Assembly: GCA_032718475.1 (NCBI GenBank)
Contig: JAUCBJ010009007.1
Location: 1 to 42,225 of the forward strand
Source: Nemertoderma westbladi
Taxonomy: Eukaryota > Animalia > Xenacoelomorpha
DNA length: 42,225 nucleotides
Direction: 5' to 3'
Positions within the stretch are counted from its first letter, which is position 1. Each line of letters opens with the position of its first letter. Both the position numbers and the translations under genes were made by a program. Shown piece by piece: positions 1 through 13,407 of the stretch. Below the pieces are notes generated by a model, which made no database searches, was not told where the DNA came from, and saw only the letters and a list, made by a program, of their open reading frames with translations.

Positions 1-269
1 AATTTTGGCAGGTTAAACTGCTAAAGGTCTTCAAAAGCGCGAACAGTAGTTTAGGTTAGTAATGTACAGTAATGTAAATATTGCCATTTTATTTTGTAGA
101 AAAAATAAATACTACAATTTGTAGTATTTATTTTTTTAATTAATCATAGCTTTCTCGCTAAGTCCTCAGACCATATAGGTACCAGTCTGCCACTGCCAGT
201 CAGCCAGTATAGTCTGATGGTGACGTAAATACGAATTTATGACCATAACTTGCTAACTTTCTGAACTTC

Positions 270-353
270 GGTTAGGATTCGGTTCGGTTCGGCCCGAAGT
301 TGGCCCTGCTTCGGTTCGGTTCGGCCCCATAAAGTGCCTTCTGTTGAACCCTA
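270..353. mobile_element. Right end of a probable hAT-type non-autonomous element (left end not seen)
   Basis: Subterminal GGTTC/TTCGG repeats ending in ...GAACCCTA (TAGGG terminus on the minus strand), the same end style as the adjacent element. Confidence 0.4.
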
Positions 354-390
354 ATCGTATCTCGCGCGATAACGACCGACCCCCGACTAG

Positions 391-1320
391 TAGGGCTCGA
401 TCGGAGCTCCGGCCTCCGGCTCCGGCCATTTTGGCACCTCCGGCTCCTGCCAGCCTGCTCCGGCTCCGGTAAAAATATTGCCGGAGTTAATTTTTTAATA
501 AAGTATTATATTTCGTGCATGTTCTAATCTGAACAATTATTTAACACTATAAGTACGGTACTGTAGTACAGCTTCAATATCAAGTATAATCTGATACCGG
601 TAATACTGCAGTATTTACTTAAAGTCAATGACTGACTGACTGTACCGCAGTACTGGTACTGGCCAGCTGGCTGACTAGCAGACTATTACAGATAGGCCCT
701 ACTTTAAAAAAAGTGTAAATGTTATGATTGTACACTGACAGACTGTACCACTGCAGCCATTTACTGCTGTCATGCCAGCATACTGTACTGCAGTAGTGGT
801 ACACGTACGGTAGGCTACCTACAGTACACACCTCTACCACAGTTAGACTGTTAGTGAGTTAGGTACTGTAGGTAATTTTTAGCCGTCAGCGTCAGGCCGT
901 CGCCGTCAGCGTCAAGCCGTCTGTCCGTGATAAATTAATTACTTAAATTTTAAATTGAAAATAATTCGTAAATAAATAACACTTACGGCAGTACGGTAGG
1001 CTACCTACAGTACACACCTCTACCACAGTTAGTGAGTTAGGTACCGTACTGTAGGTAATTTTTAGCCGTCAGTGTCAGGCCGTCTGTCCGTGATAAATTA
1101 ATTACTTAAATTTTAAATGGAAAATTCGTAAATCTATAAATTATGAAATTAATTAGACCTACAGTATGATTGATTATGAGCGATTGGCGAACGATAACCA
1201 TACTTGACCTTTTTTTTTAAACAAATAATTAAATTTTTTAAAAACTCCGGCTCCTGCTCCGGCTCCGGCCAAATTGTCCAACTCCGGCTCCGGCCAAATC
1301 CCAACTCCGATCGAGCCCTA
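391..1320. mobile_element. hAT-superfamily MITE, complete
   Basis: Perfect 16-bp TIR TAGGGCTCGATCGGAG / CTCCGATCGAGCCCTA; 8-bp TSD CCGACTAG (383-390, 1321-1328); subterminal CTCCGG repeats; internal duplication ~805-973 vs ~991-1133. Confidence 0.88.
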
Positions 1321-2583
1321 CCGACTAGTCTGTAGGATAATGTGTCTGCCTGCAGTGTTTACGAAGACCACCACAAAGGCGTAGTGGCGTAGGTTACCCT
1401 TAAATTGCGCGTAGTAATTCCTATGTGTTATTGTAAAACACAAAAACAACACTGTTACAGGTCCCGTACCTGCTGTAATTCCATTTCGAATTGCAGAATT
1501 GGCCCACCACTTAACCTTAACCTGGCCTACCGGTACCTGGAAAACACGCAACATTGCAATAACGTCGCAACTACGCAACAGCTCTATAACCAATGGGCAG
1601 CATTGGCGCAACAACCTAGGATTGGTTTATGGGCATTGGGAACAGTTGAGGGCGCGATATATGCTATGTGGCGCGATATATGCTATGTATATTCTAGGGG
1701 AGTTGGTAATACAATCAAGTACAGTCCGTCGTTCGCTCATGATAAGGTTTCCTATTCCCGCAGATGGGAAACCATGGGAAGTTGCGTGGGTGATCTGGTG
1801 TCTGTTCTTCTGTCTGCTCAGTCTCTATACAGGCATAAAGTGTTACGACTTAATTTCAGCCCCCCCCCCCCCTTCCCCAAAAAAAGTAAAATTATACTCC
1901 CCAGAGGATTGGACCCCGGAGGGTGATTCGTGTAGTGCGATAAACGAAAGTAAATACATCAGGTTACACTGTTATTTTTGGGAGTAATCAAATTATCATA
2001 TTATTTATAATTTTCTTAATTAAAATTATATTAAACTGGTTCAATGGCATTCGCTCACGATTGTCAATCGTTATCCCGCTAATTGGTTGTACTGTCACAT
2101 TCAACTGACTAACAAATAATACATACACCATATCCTTTAATAATGTGTTTTTATTTAAGGAACGTAGTGTATGTGTATAAATGAAGAATGCTGAGTACAG
2201 AACCTGTCATTTTTAATTAGCATTAGTCCTGAAAAGGACTTTTTGGGTTTTGGATTTTAATAGATTGTTAGATTAGTTAGTTAGAAAGTAATTAGTAGTT
2301 TGTTTTAAGGCGTAGAATAGTTTCTTTTCAGAATTAGTACTTAGATGGATACCATCGAGGCTTATGTAGTTCGGGTGCAAACAAAATATGGTGTTCATCG
2401 TAAAGTGCGGGACATTATGATGTAAGTAACATGTAAGTAGACTTTGAGCACTGAATTTTTAGACACAACGTTGTTTTAATTGACAGCAAATGATTTCATT
2501 GGAAAATATGATTGTTTTGCTTCGAAAAGTACTCTATTGCGTTGCCTTCTGCCTAAAGCTACTCATAAAACGCGGTTGTCATA

Positions 2584-3858
2584 CAGTAACGCTTTCAAAT
2601 AACGTCCTATTGGATCCTAATAGGATCCTAATAGGAACCTAATAGGAAATAAATAACCTTTAGGAAATCACTTGGAATTTGCCTAATGTAAGTCTACCTA
2701 GAGCGGCTAAATATCAAAGCTTAGAAGTGTCTGTCAATCAACCTCGAGGGATAGCTGAATGTAGTAAAGAGAGCCGCTTTGTCTAGTGGTGGAGTTGTAT
2801 TTCCCTTCCCCTGACTTATCTTACAACAACGATACTCCCCATAGGCTAATGTTAAATATGCAAAGTACACACTACTGGCTGTAACTCAACATCTGGACAA
2901 ATTAACTACCATACGGTAAAAGTAACGCCGATTGTGTAAAATAGGCCCGCCAACACGTTGAGTGAGCCTCAACAAGTAGTTGGGCTGCTAAAGCGTAATC
3001 TGATTGTAATCGGACGTCAAACTTTTAATAATTTTATTTAAATTTTTGTGCGAACTTTTTAGATCTGGCGATTTTACCATTTCCATGGTATAATAAATAT
3101 AATTTATAATTAATATTAATATCAATATGCTTGGAGAGTTGAATGTGCTTTGTGGGTGTAGCAAATATAGCATTTAATATTACATACATTTATTTAGTCG
3201 CCCAGTTTTAGCCCCTGTCTAATTATTAATTAAACTAATAAATTAAAATAAACTAATATTTATTCTATTAATAATTACACAAACATTACACAAACACAAA
3301 CTCTTTATTACTCTAAATATGTTCAATAGTAATAAATACAGTGTGTGATCCTACATTTATTTGTAAGTTCAATACGATTTTAAATTATTACAGAGCCTAC
3401 CAGCCCACGGACGTTAACTATGTGCGGATGTGTGTGGATTTCATCTATTAGAGTTTATATTTTAAATATTATTTAGGTCAGAGGCTGGTAATACAAGGTA
3501 CAGTAGGAGGAGTGTAATCTTCCATCGATAACCATACCTCAATGAACTGAACACTACGCAAACTTTATAGTTTCATTCTAGTCCATTCTATACATCTTAA
3601 TGATTGACAGGATAGAGAAGAAGTAGACCAGAACAAGCATAGTCGGAGTCAGTCCACCTTCCAGACATCAAAGTAAGCGCCGATTTCCAAGTAAATTCCT
3701 AATGAAATCCAAGTCAAATCCTAAGTGCCTCCAAGTCTGGAATTTGGGCTAAATTTCATTTCCAATTAAATCCTAACTCCAATAGTAGTGAATCAGTGAC
3801 TTGGATCCTAATAGGATCCTATTAGGTTCCAATACGACGTTATTTGAAAGCGGTACTG
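2584..3858. mobile_element. Tc1/mariner (pogo/Tigger-like) MITE
   Basis: ~40-bp TIR CAGTAACGCTTTCAAATAACGTC... vs ...GACGTTATTTGAAAGCGGTACTG, flanked by TA on both sides; no transposase recognised. Confidence 0.8.
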
Positions 3859-4744
3859 TATTATGCACTCAGTTCACTGTATTTTTGCAGTTTGAGAGGT
3901 AAGGGCGAATAACACCATATTTCAGAAAGTTAACCAATTATGATCCGGTTTTTTGCATTAAATTCGTAAACCCCATCATATATTGGTTCTTAAAATTGAT
4001 ATGAGAATCAATAATTCAAGTTTTTCAAAATTGGCACTGCGGTTGACATTTGCATGGAATGTGCCTTATGTTTATTTCTTACGACTAGACTATCAGTAAC
4101 TTAGGTTGTTGTCAACTTATCATTGACACTATTTTTATGGGACATTACGGCGACCAAATGAACAGAACGAGCGTAACGAGACTTGCAATAGGGCCGAGTA
4201 GAGTCCTGGACCTGTGCACTAACTTTATTCGTAAATGACCAAGTTTATAGAGTCCATTAAAAGGTATATGATTTTAACAGTTGTGAATTCAGTGCCTTTT
4301 TTATATTACAAAGTCCATATGTAACAAAACAAATTAATGTAACTTTTAACATTAACCCAAACTGTACTTGCGCTTATTTTTTTCATTAGGTAAGGGTTGA
4401 ATCGGTTGGATTTACTGTAATTCAACCATAAATAGTTCTCAGTTCATACGTACCTGTTTTTTGCTACAACCAAATTATAAGTACAAAAATAAGCAAAGTC
4501 TCTGATCTCTGGCTCTGGTCTTCGGTATTTTCCAAAATAATTATCTGGGTAGGTCTCTGGTTCACCGGGAATAAGAAAAAGAGGACTCTGTTTCAACTCT
4601 ATAAGTTATATAGTAATATAGGCAGTAGGTCCAGCAAGGGTGTTCTAAAACAAACTTTTTTCGATTTTCAACTCAGTTCGCACATCAGATGTTCAAATCA
4701 GATGTTCATCCTTCAAAACAAGCGTAGAGCGAATCAGCCGATCA

Positions 4745-5576
4745 GCCGATCGCCTCAATGGTTGGAAGGCCCACTTTGAAAAGCTCCTCAATAATGACAG
4801 GGTATTGCCTGATAACTTTATAGAAGTAAAAGTGTCTGAGTCTGTACTCCCAGATATTCCCATTGGTGATATCTCCTTTGCAGAAGTGAAGGCTGCTGCA
4901 AAGAGCATTAAGACCAATCGTGCCAGTGGAGTAGATGGTGTTCCCCCTGAGGTCTTTAAAATACATGAGTGTTTAAAGCTCATCCATCCCATCATAGTAG
5001 ACATTTACCGAACAACAAGAGTCCCACAAGAAATGAAAACAAATAAGTTGGTGCCAGTTCCCAAGAAGGGCAACCTAACACTCTATGGTTCTTTTCGGGG
5101 AATCTCATAGATCTCGATTGCTGCAAAGCTATACAATAGAATTCTATTAAATCGCATCAGGGATCCCATTGAGAGACTGCTCCGTGGAAATCAGAATGGG
5201 TTCCGTAAAGGTCGTGGGACCATGGAGCCCATTTTGGCACTTAGAAGGGTAATTGAAGAGTTATCAAAAAAGAAAGACAAGCATCTGGCTGTTATCTTTG
5301 TTGTCTTCTTCAAGGCCTTTGATTCAGTCTCTCGCTCATGAGTACCAGTTAAATAACTGGGAGCAAATCTTGGGATAGGAGTAGCGACCACCCCTTCCCT
5401 CGGGTAGCAGCTATCGAAAGAGGAGCCTTCGGGTCGCCTCCGGCTTCGGCCGACTGTTTGCTTGCTTGCTCGCTCACGTATGTTCGTTCAGCATACTTTC
5501 ATTATATGGGATTCCTGATGAAATTATTGCAGCAATCAGATCAGTATACGATGGTTCGACTAGTTTTGTATAGACC
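4745..5576 (+). pseudogene. Decayed non-LTR (RTE-like) reverse transcriptase fragment
   Basis: Translates RLNGWKAHFEKLL..KTNRASGVDGVPPE..PVPKKGNL..FRGIS*ISIAAKLYNRILLNRI..QNGFRKGRGT..FKAFDSV; resumes as YGIPDEIIAAIRSVY after an insertion; in-frame stops. Confidence 0.88.
5339..5468 (+). mobile_element. 5'-truncated SINE-like insertion in the RT fragment
   Basis: Flanked by 8-bp direct repeat CTCGCTCA (5331-5338, 5469-5476), ends in a (TTGC)n tail, and interrupts the RT coding sequence. Confidence 0.6.
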
Positions 5577-6021
5577 GCATGATAAAGAAATTTTTTTTAA
5601 AACAACCTATATAACACATTTTACTATTATAAATAAGGTAAGCCCGTGAAACGTTGATATAAAATAGAATTGTTGTTTATTATGATAGGGGGCGATTTGA
5701 TTTATTTTTTTAAAACTTAATAATCGAATTTGTCTTAAGGGTTTTAATGCTTTTTGAGTAATAATTGTAAAAAATGTAATAATTTTTTTGAAACAACCTA
5801 TATCCCTATACATAGTTTCCTACCTAATATGTTACATAATTCCAATACCGTAAATGTTTTTGTTTAAAATCGTTACATTTAATGTATTTAAAAGTAAATA
5901 AGACCAAAATCCTGGAGTATTACTTGCAAACAAAATTAGAATCAAAAATGCTGTTTTACAGGAAAAGTCAATTTTGTCATTTAGGTTGTTTGAAAATTAA
6001 AGGGACGAAATGTTTTTATAT

Positions 6022-6241
6022 ATAACTGCAATGATCAATTTAGGTGATTTGACACTCTAAAAATATTAGTTTAGTGATTATTTCTCGAGTTATTGTACAA
6101 AATATCAAGCCTAGGTGCACCAATCGAAGACCTTATATTGAGTTAACCCAGTCCAGACATTGTGTACAATAACTCGAGAACTAATCACTCAACTCATATT
6201 TTTAGAGTGTCAACATCCCCATAATTGATCATTGCAGTTAT
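6022..6241. repeat. Long imperfect palindrome (~85-bp arms)
   Basis: ATAACTGCAATGATCAATT...CTCGAGTTATTGTACA is the reverse complement of TGTACAATAACTCGAG...AATTGATCATTGCAGTTAT. Confidence 0.85.
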
Positions 6242-7123
6242 GTGTAAATTCTGGATGCTAATTAATTAGAAGTATCATTTTTACTGTATTTGTCAATATC
6301 GCATCAAGGCACTAATGTTGACGTGTGCCGGACTTCACATTTTCTGCAATATCTCAAAAACTATTCGCTTTATGCTTGTTTTGAAGGTGTCTACACCAAC
6401 TAAATCGGTCATTGCGGTACTAATGAGCATAATATCAATGCAGAAGGAATACTAGAAGTTGATCATCATAAAAATTGGGAATATGACTCACTTGCGCCAA
6501 GAAGGGTGGGAACTGGGCCATGTGCCTGTGGGATTATTTCCTGTGATCCCCAAATCAAAACTTAGGTATCCTATTGAAGTTTGGGCCCATTTGATGACAT
6601 CTGATGTGCGAACTGAGTTGAAATTTTTTTTTTTAGAAAGAAAGTTTTTTTTAGAACACCCTTGCTGGACCTACTGCCTATATTACTATATAACTTATAT
6701 AGAAAAGTGTATTTTCATATAAACAAATTGATATTTGAAAAATAATGCTTAAACCCACAAGGTGGACTGCCGCGCTTAAAATTTGTAAACTTCAATGTAC
6801 TTGAGCACACCCTAAAAATTGAGATATGATTAGATGATGAGATATGATTGTGTGTTTTTGGTGTGTTTTCTCATGGAATGGACATAATTGACACCCTGAG
6901 CGATCAAAAAATCATATATTCGATTTTAAAGAACCACCGTAGTACATACTGTACAAGTTACATACTGTACATATCGTAAAACAAATACAAGAATATAAGG
7001 TTAACGTTGTCACTCATAACTTTTGAATTACATTCAAAAGTTATGCACCACCCCCCCCCCCCCCCCCCCCTCCCCTCTTAATACTTCAAAATAATAGTCT
7101 CATTTAAAAACTACTCTACCTGT

Positions 7124-7244
7124 ACTACTACTACTACTACTACTAGGTCGAGCGAACTCTGACAGTGGAAATGAGATCCTTCCAGGCTTCCCGATTCTCC
7201 ATAGTTGTCACAATTTCGTTTCTCCCAAATTCAGTATCCCTTTT
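7124..7244 (-). mobile_element. 3' end of an RTE-like LINE with (TAG)n tail
   Basis: Minus strand reads KRDTEFGRNEIVTTMENREAWKDLISTVRVRST* directly followed by TAG repeats, resembling RTE C-termini with a microsatellite tail. Confidence 0.6.
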
Positions 7245-9071
7245 ACTGTGGGGCGAGCCACGAAGTGAGAGAGCCTTAGCGTAGTGGTACCATTAATCAA
7301 CCTGTCGTTCTGTCGTTCTGTCGCGTTTTTTTTCAGTATTTTATTTTAAACGTTAATAACTCGGCCAATCCTTGATGAAATCTATCCAAACTTGGTACAC
7401 ATGTTGTTTGGCAAAAGTTTGAAAATTTTCCAAGTAGAATTTGCGTGGGGCCTTCGTGCAGCATCAGTGTAACTGTTATTGTAGTTATAATATATTTATT
7501 TATCCAAAATTAACATGCGTTAAATTATTATTACTGTAGGATAAATCAGCTGGTTTTCTGACAAATTTTGCAAAACATAGGGGCTGTCTGCCAATCTGCA
7601 TGTACCATTTGTACCGGTACTGTCAGGCTGTAATACAGGTCAGCCGGTACCATACACTGCAGCACTGCAGACATGCCATATCATGTAATCTAAACATGGC
7701 CCCGGAAACCCTTGCGGTGATTATAGTTTAGGCCTAATTAGCCTAGTACCGGTAATAATAATATAATAGTTTAGATAGTTCAGTAGTTACCGCTAATCAT
7801 TCAGTCATTGGCACGGTACACCGTATTGCTGTACTGCCGTTCAGCCGTTGTAGTGCGCACCGTAGGTACCACCCATGCGTAGGCTGACTGTGCTGATTAT
7901 GGTTTGATTGATTGATTGTTTTTTACACATAATTAAACCTTTTAAAATTCACAATAATACATTTATACAGTTATAAAGATTACGTTACGATATTAGGCCT
8001 ACAGTACAAGTAGGCCTAATAACACTAGATATTTAGGAGCACCAATACTGATTTATGTAGATAGTCAACTTATAAAATGTTTATTTACTTAAATAAAAGG
8101 TTCTGGTGTAAGGATAGCCTCATGAGGTATATACCTCGTTTCCATGAGGGTCCTATAATAATTTTCATACTCTAATATTTAAAGCTAGTCAGACTGTGGT
8201 ACCTAAGCTATATACTGTCAGGTATATTGCTGTATTGGGGTGGGGTTAGGAATAATCCATTTGTTTTAGCATTGAACTGTTGAATCCCCTTATTTATTAT
8301 AAAACCATTGGAAATATTCGCAAATGCCGCTCCATTACTGTCTGATGTCTGAAACGCTCCCGACAGTCCGATGTATCTGGACCCGAGCAGCCGAGTTGCT
8401 TCAAGAGGTGATTAACGGGGGAATACTACGGAATTGCTTGTTTGTCAGTACGATTCTATTTGGGTATTTACTACACTCAGACACTGGGAATACGGCGGTC
8501 GGTCAGATCGTAATGCGGGCCACTGCCAAGTTCATCATGCCTCACTCCGGTCACCCACCTTGGAGTGCGGTGGGAAGAGTCCCACTTACTGACTTACGTC
8601 GACGACTGGACGAATCGACGAGGATTGCGATCTGGGTTTAGCGGCGGCCCGGATCCTGGGATCGCCTGGGGGAAATGGTTGAACGTTGGGCAGACGTTAT
8701 CGCACTGGATTACGTTCTCTGTGACGCGAAAGTGTGAAGCGAATTCGTTGTCGAATTGGGTCGGAAGCTGCGGGAATTCTACTGTTCTACGGGAGTAAAC
8801 CGCAGCGGTCCGGTGACTTGACTACGGACGGATACTACTGGGATAAGCAGGTATTTCGATCGAGTTTCTCGTATTCTCGATGCTCGAGGCGGATAGAGAG
8901 TTGGTTGTGTTGGGCGGTGTTGTTCAATTCTATCAAACATATTAAATAATTGGTAAAATAATAAAAACACACCAGATAAAGATACTGAGCTTATGGTAAA
9001 GAGATAGGCCGAACTTACAATTTCCAAATAGATTGTTCATATAATAAATATATTTTTGGTATTTGATTTCA

Positions 9072-9332
9072 AGATAGGGGGGGGGGGGGGGGGGGGGGCT
9101 GGACGCAATAAAAATTCATCCCTCTCCAGGGGAAATTGGACGCAAATAACAACAGCTGATTACTCTCAAAAATAAAACTGTAACCTGTTCTATTGTGTTT
9201 ACTTTATTGTTTTGGTTAAAATAACGTGCCACTGTAACCTGCTCCTTTCCCAAAATTTAGAAATTAATATTGAGGCGGGATATTAATTCGCCAAGATGGG
9301 ATTTGCGTCCAGTCCCACCCCCCTCCTATCTC
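9072..9332. mobile_element. Short MITE, possibly Mutator-like
   Basis: TIR (G)AGATAGG-G-rich-CTGGACGCAA vs TTGCGTCCAG-C-rich-CCTATCTC; flanking direct repeat TTGATTTCA (9063-9071, 9333-9341); related end at ~38864-38925. Confidence 0.6.
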
Positions 9333-9450
9333 TTGATTTCACTAAAAAATAGAATACATTGCATTTTACTGTTATAATTACTGTATTGAATAAAATAATT
9401 AATTGATTGTTTATTAAACCGTGCTAAGCACGTTGAACTGGAGCTCTAAC

Positions 9451-9730
9451 AATTCCCCACTAGCGGCAGACAGGAACTGTAAAAGTCTCTGTAGAATTTC
9501 TAATTAAGCAATGCTCTTAGGTAACTACTACTAAATTTCAGATGAATCTGATCGTTGGTTCTATAATTACAGCTATTTTTACGTTTCTGTTAATTCGCCC
9601 CCTAGCGGCAGACCGGGGAACTGTAGAAGTCTGTCTGTGTGTAGAATTTCTAAATTTTTTTAAGACTACAAGTGTACCAAGTTTGGTTCCATTTCATCCA
9701 TGATTGACCGACTTATTAGCGTTCAAACAT
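9451..9730 (-). repeat. Inverted internal copy of the repeat family at 26253-26756
   Basis: Reverse complement matches ~26350-26690 (TCAGATTCATCTGAAATTT, GCCGCTAGGGGGCGAATT, GATGAAATGGAACCAAACTT). Confidence 0.75.
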
Positions 9731-10176
9731 TCCTGCCACGAATAAAAGCTGCAGGAACTCGAGCGATAATTAATTTATTTATTATTAAATACTGTTTCAA
9801 TTAAATTCTTTACGAAAATCTAGTCATCTTCTTTTAAATATGGACCCTGCATTCATGGAAAATATAATATTTGATAATTCATCAGTCACCAGTCAGCCTA
9901 CGCTAATTTCACAGCAAAGTCCTTGTCATGGCCTGTGTGTAGTAGGCCATGGTACCACCCTACTACCGGTACCGGCTGACCGGTGGCAACTAGCACTTGC
10001 ACAGCAACAGCCCTACCGGCGATACACAGGTTGAAATTTATGTAGAGTTTGCTCAACAGTACAGATATAAAATAGTTATCTAAATTATATATATTACTAT
10101 TGACAAGTATTGAAATATATACCGTTATTCGTGTTATCAGTATTTGCAACATCTGACATTGAAGAGGTGAGAGAAG

Positions 10177-10507
10177 ATGAATACCGACACTCAACAAAAC
10201 CAACGCTTATCACAGGTCGGTATGGTTACCTCGAAACCGGCGCGACTGTCCACTCGAATACAACTTCAAAACACAAACGCCAACAATAAACTGAAAGCGA
10301 ATCGAACGTCTTCAGAAGAATCTGTCATTGGGACGAAGAAAAGGAAGCCGAAACCACGGGAATGGACCACAGCTAAGATTGAATGCTCCCATTGTCAGAG
10401 TTCCTGGACCGAAATTGAAACACCAATTGCCGATGGGCTTGATCTCTCAAACCAAAACTTCCTCTGCGGGGTTTGCGCGGCAGTAAAGATTGAAAGTCTG
10501 GAAGCTG
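10177..10507 (+). pseudogene. Truncated ORF with a zinc-finger/PHD-like Cys pattern, possibly a retroelement ORF1 N-terminus
   Basis: ATG, basic stretch KKRKPKPR, then IECSHC..W..FLCGVC followed by a helical KIESLE; cut at ~10508 by repeat sequence. Confidence 0.35.
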
Positions 10508-10912
10508 GCATCCCTAGGTATTATTATTATAAAGAGCGTCAGCCTGCGTTTAATAAATATATTTTAATACAAAACAGGTCGAACGCAAAGAGGCTTATAA
10601 TGAAGACGAGTACTGCATTGATTATATTCCTATAAACCACCTGGCTTTGCATATTGAACGTGCGTTTGGAAATAAGTTCGTGCTACCCTTCCGTGGGTGG
10701 TAGATGTCGCGGTTATGTATTGGTGGGTGGGAAGGGAGGGGGGGGGGGGGGGTGCAGATTAAAAGGGGTGAACACGTACTGTCCCCCTTTCTTTGATTAA
10801 TTGGTGGTGTTGGTTAATCTCTCATAACCTGATTTTGTGATACAGTCGCACAATTTTAATTTGTATCTCATAACTGGGCCTCGTGCTGCGCGAAGGCCCC
10901 ACGAACGTGTAC

Positions 10913-12698
10913 CTGTGGGGCGAGCCACGAAGTGAGTGAGCCTTAGCGTAGTGGTACCATTAATCAACCTGTGGGGCGAGCCACGAAGTGACGAAGTGAG
11001 TGAGCCTTAGCGTAGTGGTACCATTAATCAACCTGTCGTTCTGTCGTTCTGTCGTGTTCAATTTTAAACGTTAATAACTCGGCCAATCTTTGATGAAATC
11101 TATCCAAACTTGGTACACATGTTGTTTGGCAAAAGTTTAGAAAATTTCCAAGTAGAATTTCCGTGTGGCCTTCGAGAAGCTAAGATAATAGCAGTTAATT
11201 AGTTAATTAAGTTGATTACGGTGAAAACACCATTTTCAACCTGCCTTTTAAAGGAAATTAATTGTTTTACAGTATAAGATTTAAATAATTATACTTAAAA
11301 ATTATACAGATGTAATCCACATACACCATTCTATTATAGTTTTTAATTAGTTCAAGTGATTTGCTTTAATAAATGTGTCTTTAATTGATCTAAAGTAATT
11401 AAGACGGCATAAAAAATTGATTCTCATTAAATACTGCTCATTTATTGGCCAACATGCTGGTACATAGATGGAAGGATGTGTGTGTAAGGGAGCCAGTTGC
11501 TGGGAATGATTTGGTCAAGTCTCTGCTGGTGTGGAGCTAGCTGGCTGGGAGTTGTAGTTGTAGACTAACAAGAGAGGAACTGTAATAGGGGCAACCAGTA
11601 TTGCTATTCCAGCCCAGACAGCATTCTCTAAATCCACTATTGACTCTACTATAAATGTTGTGTTGCTCTCAGGTAAATGACAGATATAATACATAAATAG
11701 AATCCATGGCATGGCTGTTGTGTAGCCTTATATATGAAATAGTTTATTCCACAATGTATTTGTCTGGTTATTTTTTAATTGAATTTTTGTAAAGTAGTAA
11801 AATTAATGTTCTTAAAAATAATTTTATTATTTTATATGTAACCTACGAAATTAGCTACATTTTTTCGCTGCAGCTTTAAGAGTGTACATTGATTTAATAT
11901 TATTTCCTTACCCATATTACTACATCGGCATACGATGCGTTGGCGTTGTATCACACATCTCCACATAGATGTATCAGCAGTTACTCGCACAGTTTCGAAA
12001 CTTCGCATAGTTATAACTGTATAAAGGTCGTCAGTCTGCGTTTAGGAAAAATATTATATGACAACACAGGACGAGCGACGAGCGCAACGAGGCATATAAT
12101 ATGGACGAGTACTGCGTAGACTATATTCCTATAAACCATACCTGGCTGCGCCTGTTGAACGCATTGGTAGTTATAAAGATCGTCAGTCTGCGTTTAGAGA
12201 ATATATTTAAATACAAAACAGGACGAGCACAACGAGGCCTATAAAGAAGACGAGTACTGCGTTGACTATATTATTATATAAACCCTGGCTTCACACATTG
12301 ATCGCATCCCTAGTTATTATTATTATAAAGATCGTCCTACCCTGCGTTTAAGAAATATATTTAAATTCAAAACAGGACGAACGCAACGAGGCTTATAATG
12401 AAAACGAGTACTGCGTTTATTATATTCCTATAAACCACCTGGCTTTGCAAATTGAACGTGCGATTGGAAATAAGTTCGTGCTACCCTTCCGTGGGTGGTA
12501 GATGTCGCGGTTATGTATTGGTGGGTGGGAAGGGGGGGGGGGGATTAAAAGGGGTGAACACGTACTGTCCCCCTTTCTTTGATTGATTGGTGGTGTGGGT
12601 AAATTTCTCAAAACCTGATTTTGTGATACAGTCGCTCAATTTTAATTTGTATCTCATAACTGGGCCTCGTGCTGCGCGAAGGCCCCACGAACGTGTAC
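10913..12698. mobile_element. Composite non-autonomous element, copy 2, head-to-tail with copy 1
   Basis: Same termini as 7246-10912, first ~56 bp duplicated, different interior, three ~150-bp internal tandem units. Confidence 0.55.
12010..12460. repeat. Three ~150-bp tandem units
   Basis: Recurrent TATAAAG..CGTCAGTCTGCGTTT..CAGGACGA..GACGAGTACTGCGT..TATAAACC..CCTGGCT; a single unit also at ~10520-10660. Confidence 0.8.
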
Positions 12699-13407
12699 TT
12701 ATTTTACTGTACTGTACCTGTAATTATTATTTAAATAATTATTTAAATCGATCAATAATATCCAGCGACATAACTAAGTTGAAAAACATTATTTAAGACG
12801 ACCAATAATATCAATCTAAATAATTCTGCATTGCAAAAACCCGACGAAGACCGTTTGATTCAGGATACACCCAGGACCATTTGGGTCAAATTAACCCACG
12901 GTATATTATTGATAATATTATCAATCAAAATGACCAACAGTGAGGTTTTATCAGTGTGGAAACTCATTTGCGACTTACGGCCAAGTTACTTAACCTATTT
13001 ACATCTGATTTGGTTACAATAACGATCGTAGCGAGTTATACAACGAAACGAGGGTTTCTAATTTTGTTCAGATATGTACTGTACAGTACATAGAAATGTT
13101 GACAACTCCACCTGAACGAGCGTGTGTATCAAGATGAGTTTCATAATATCATTCACTGAAGTACTCAGACTATTTACATCAAACTGGGATTGATTAACAA
13201 GCGAAGCGAGTGACACAAAAACCGAGTCCACTTGAATGGAATAATTATTCGCAAACAATGAGAAAACATTTGATTGGCGCTGATTAAAAGGCTAAACAAC
13301 AGCGGCAAATGATAATCTCTGATAGCACCTTACTATCACCCATCTGATATACATTTACATACTGTATACTTGTATAGAAGTATTATAGGGTAGGTGCTAA
13401 AATGCAA

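Larger units (their letters stand above)
4600..6699. mobile_element. TIR-bounded non-autonomous element enclosing a LINE fragment
   Basis: ~100-bp inverted repeats at 4600-4698 and ~6589-6699 (TATAAGTTATATAGTAATATAGGCAGTAGGTCCAGCAAGGGTGTTCT...); superfamily unclear. Confidence 0.6.
7246..10912. mobile_element. Composite non-autonomous element, copy 1 (Helentron/DINE-1-like architecture)
   Basis: Shares a ~210-bp 5' block (CTGTGGGGCGAGCCACG..., CTGTCGTT repeats, AAACTTGGTACACATG) and a ~400-bp 3' block (10508-10912) with 10913-12698; inverted 20-mer at 7444-7463 vs 10884-10903; terminal hairpin. Confidence 0.5.

Noticed and set aside
1405-1987. 173-aa and 162-aa ORFs
   Set aside because: No recognisable domain; they overlap repeat-like sequence and a poly-C tract.
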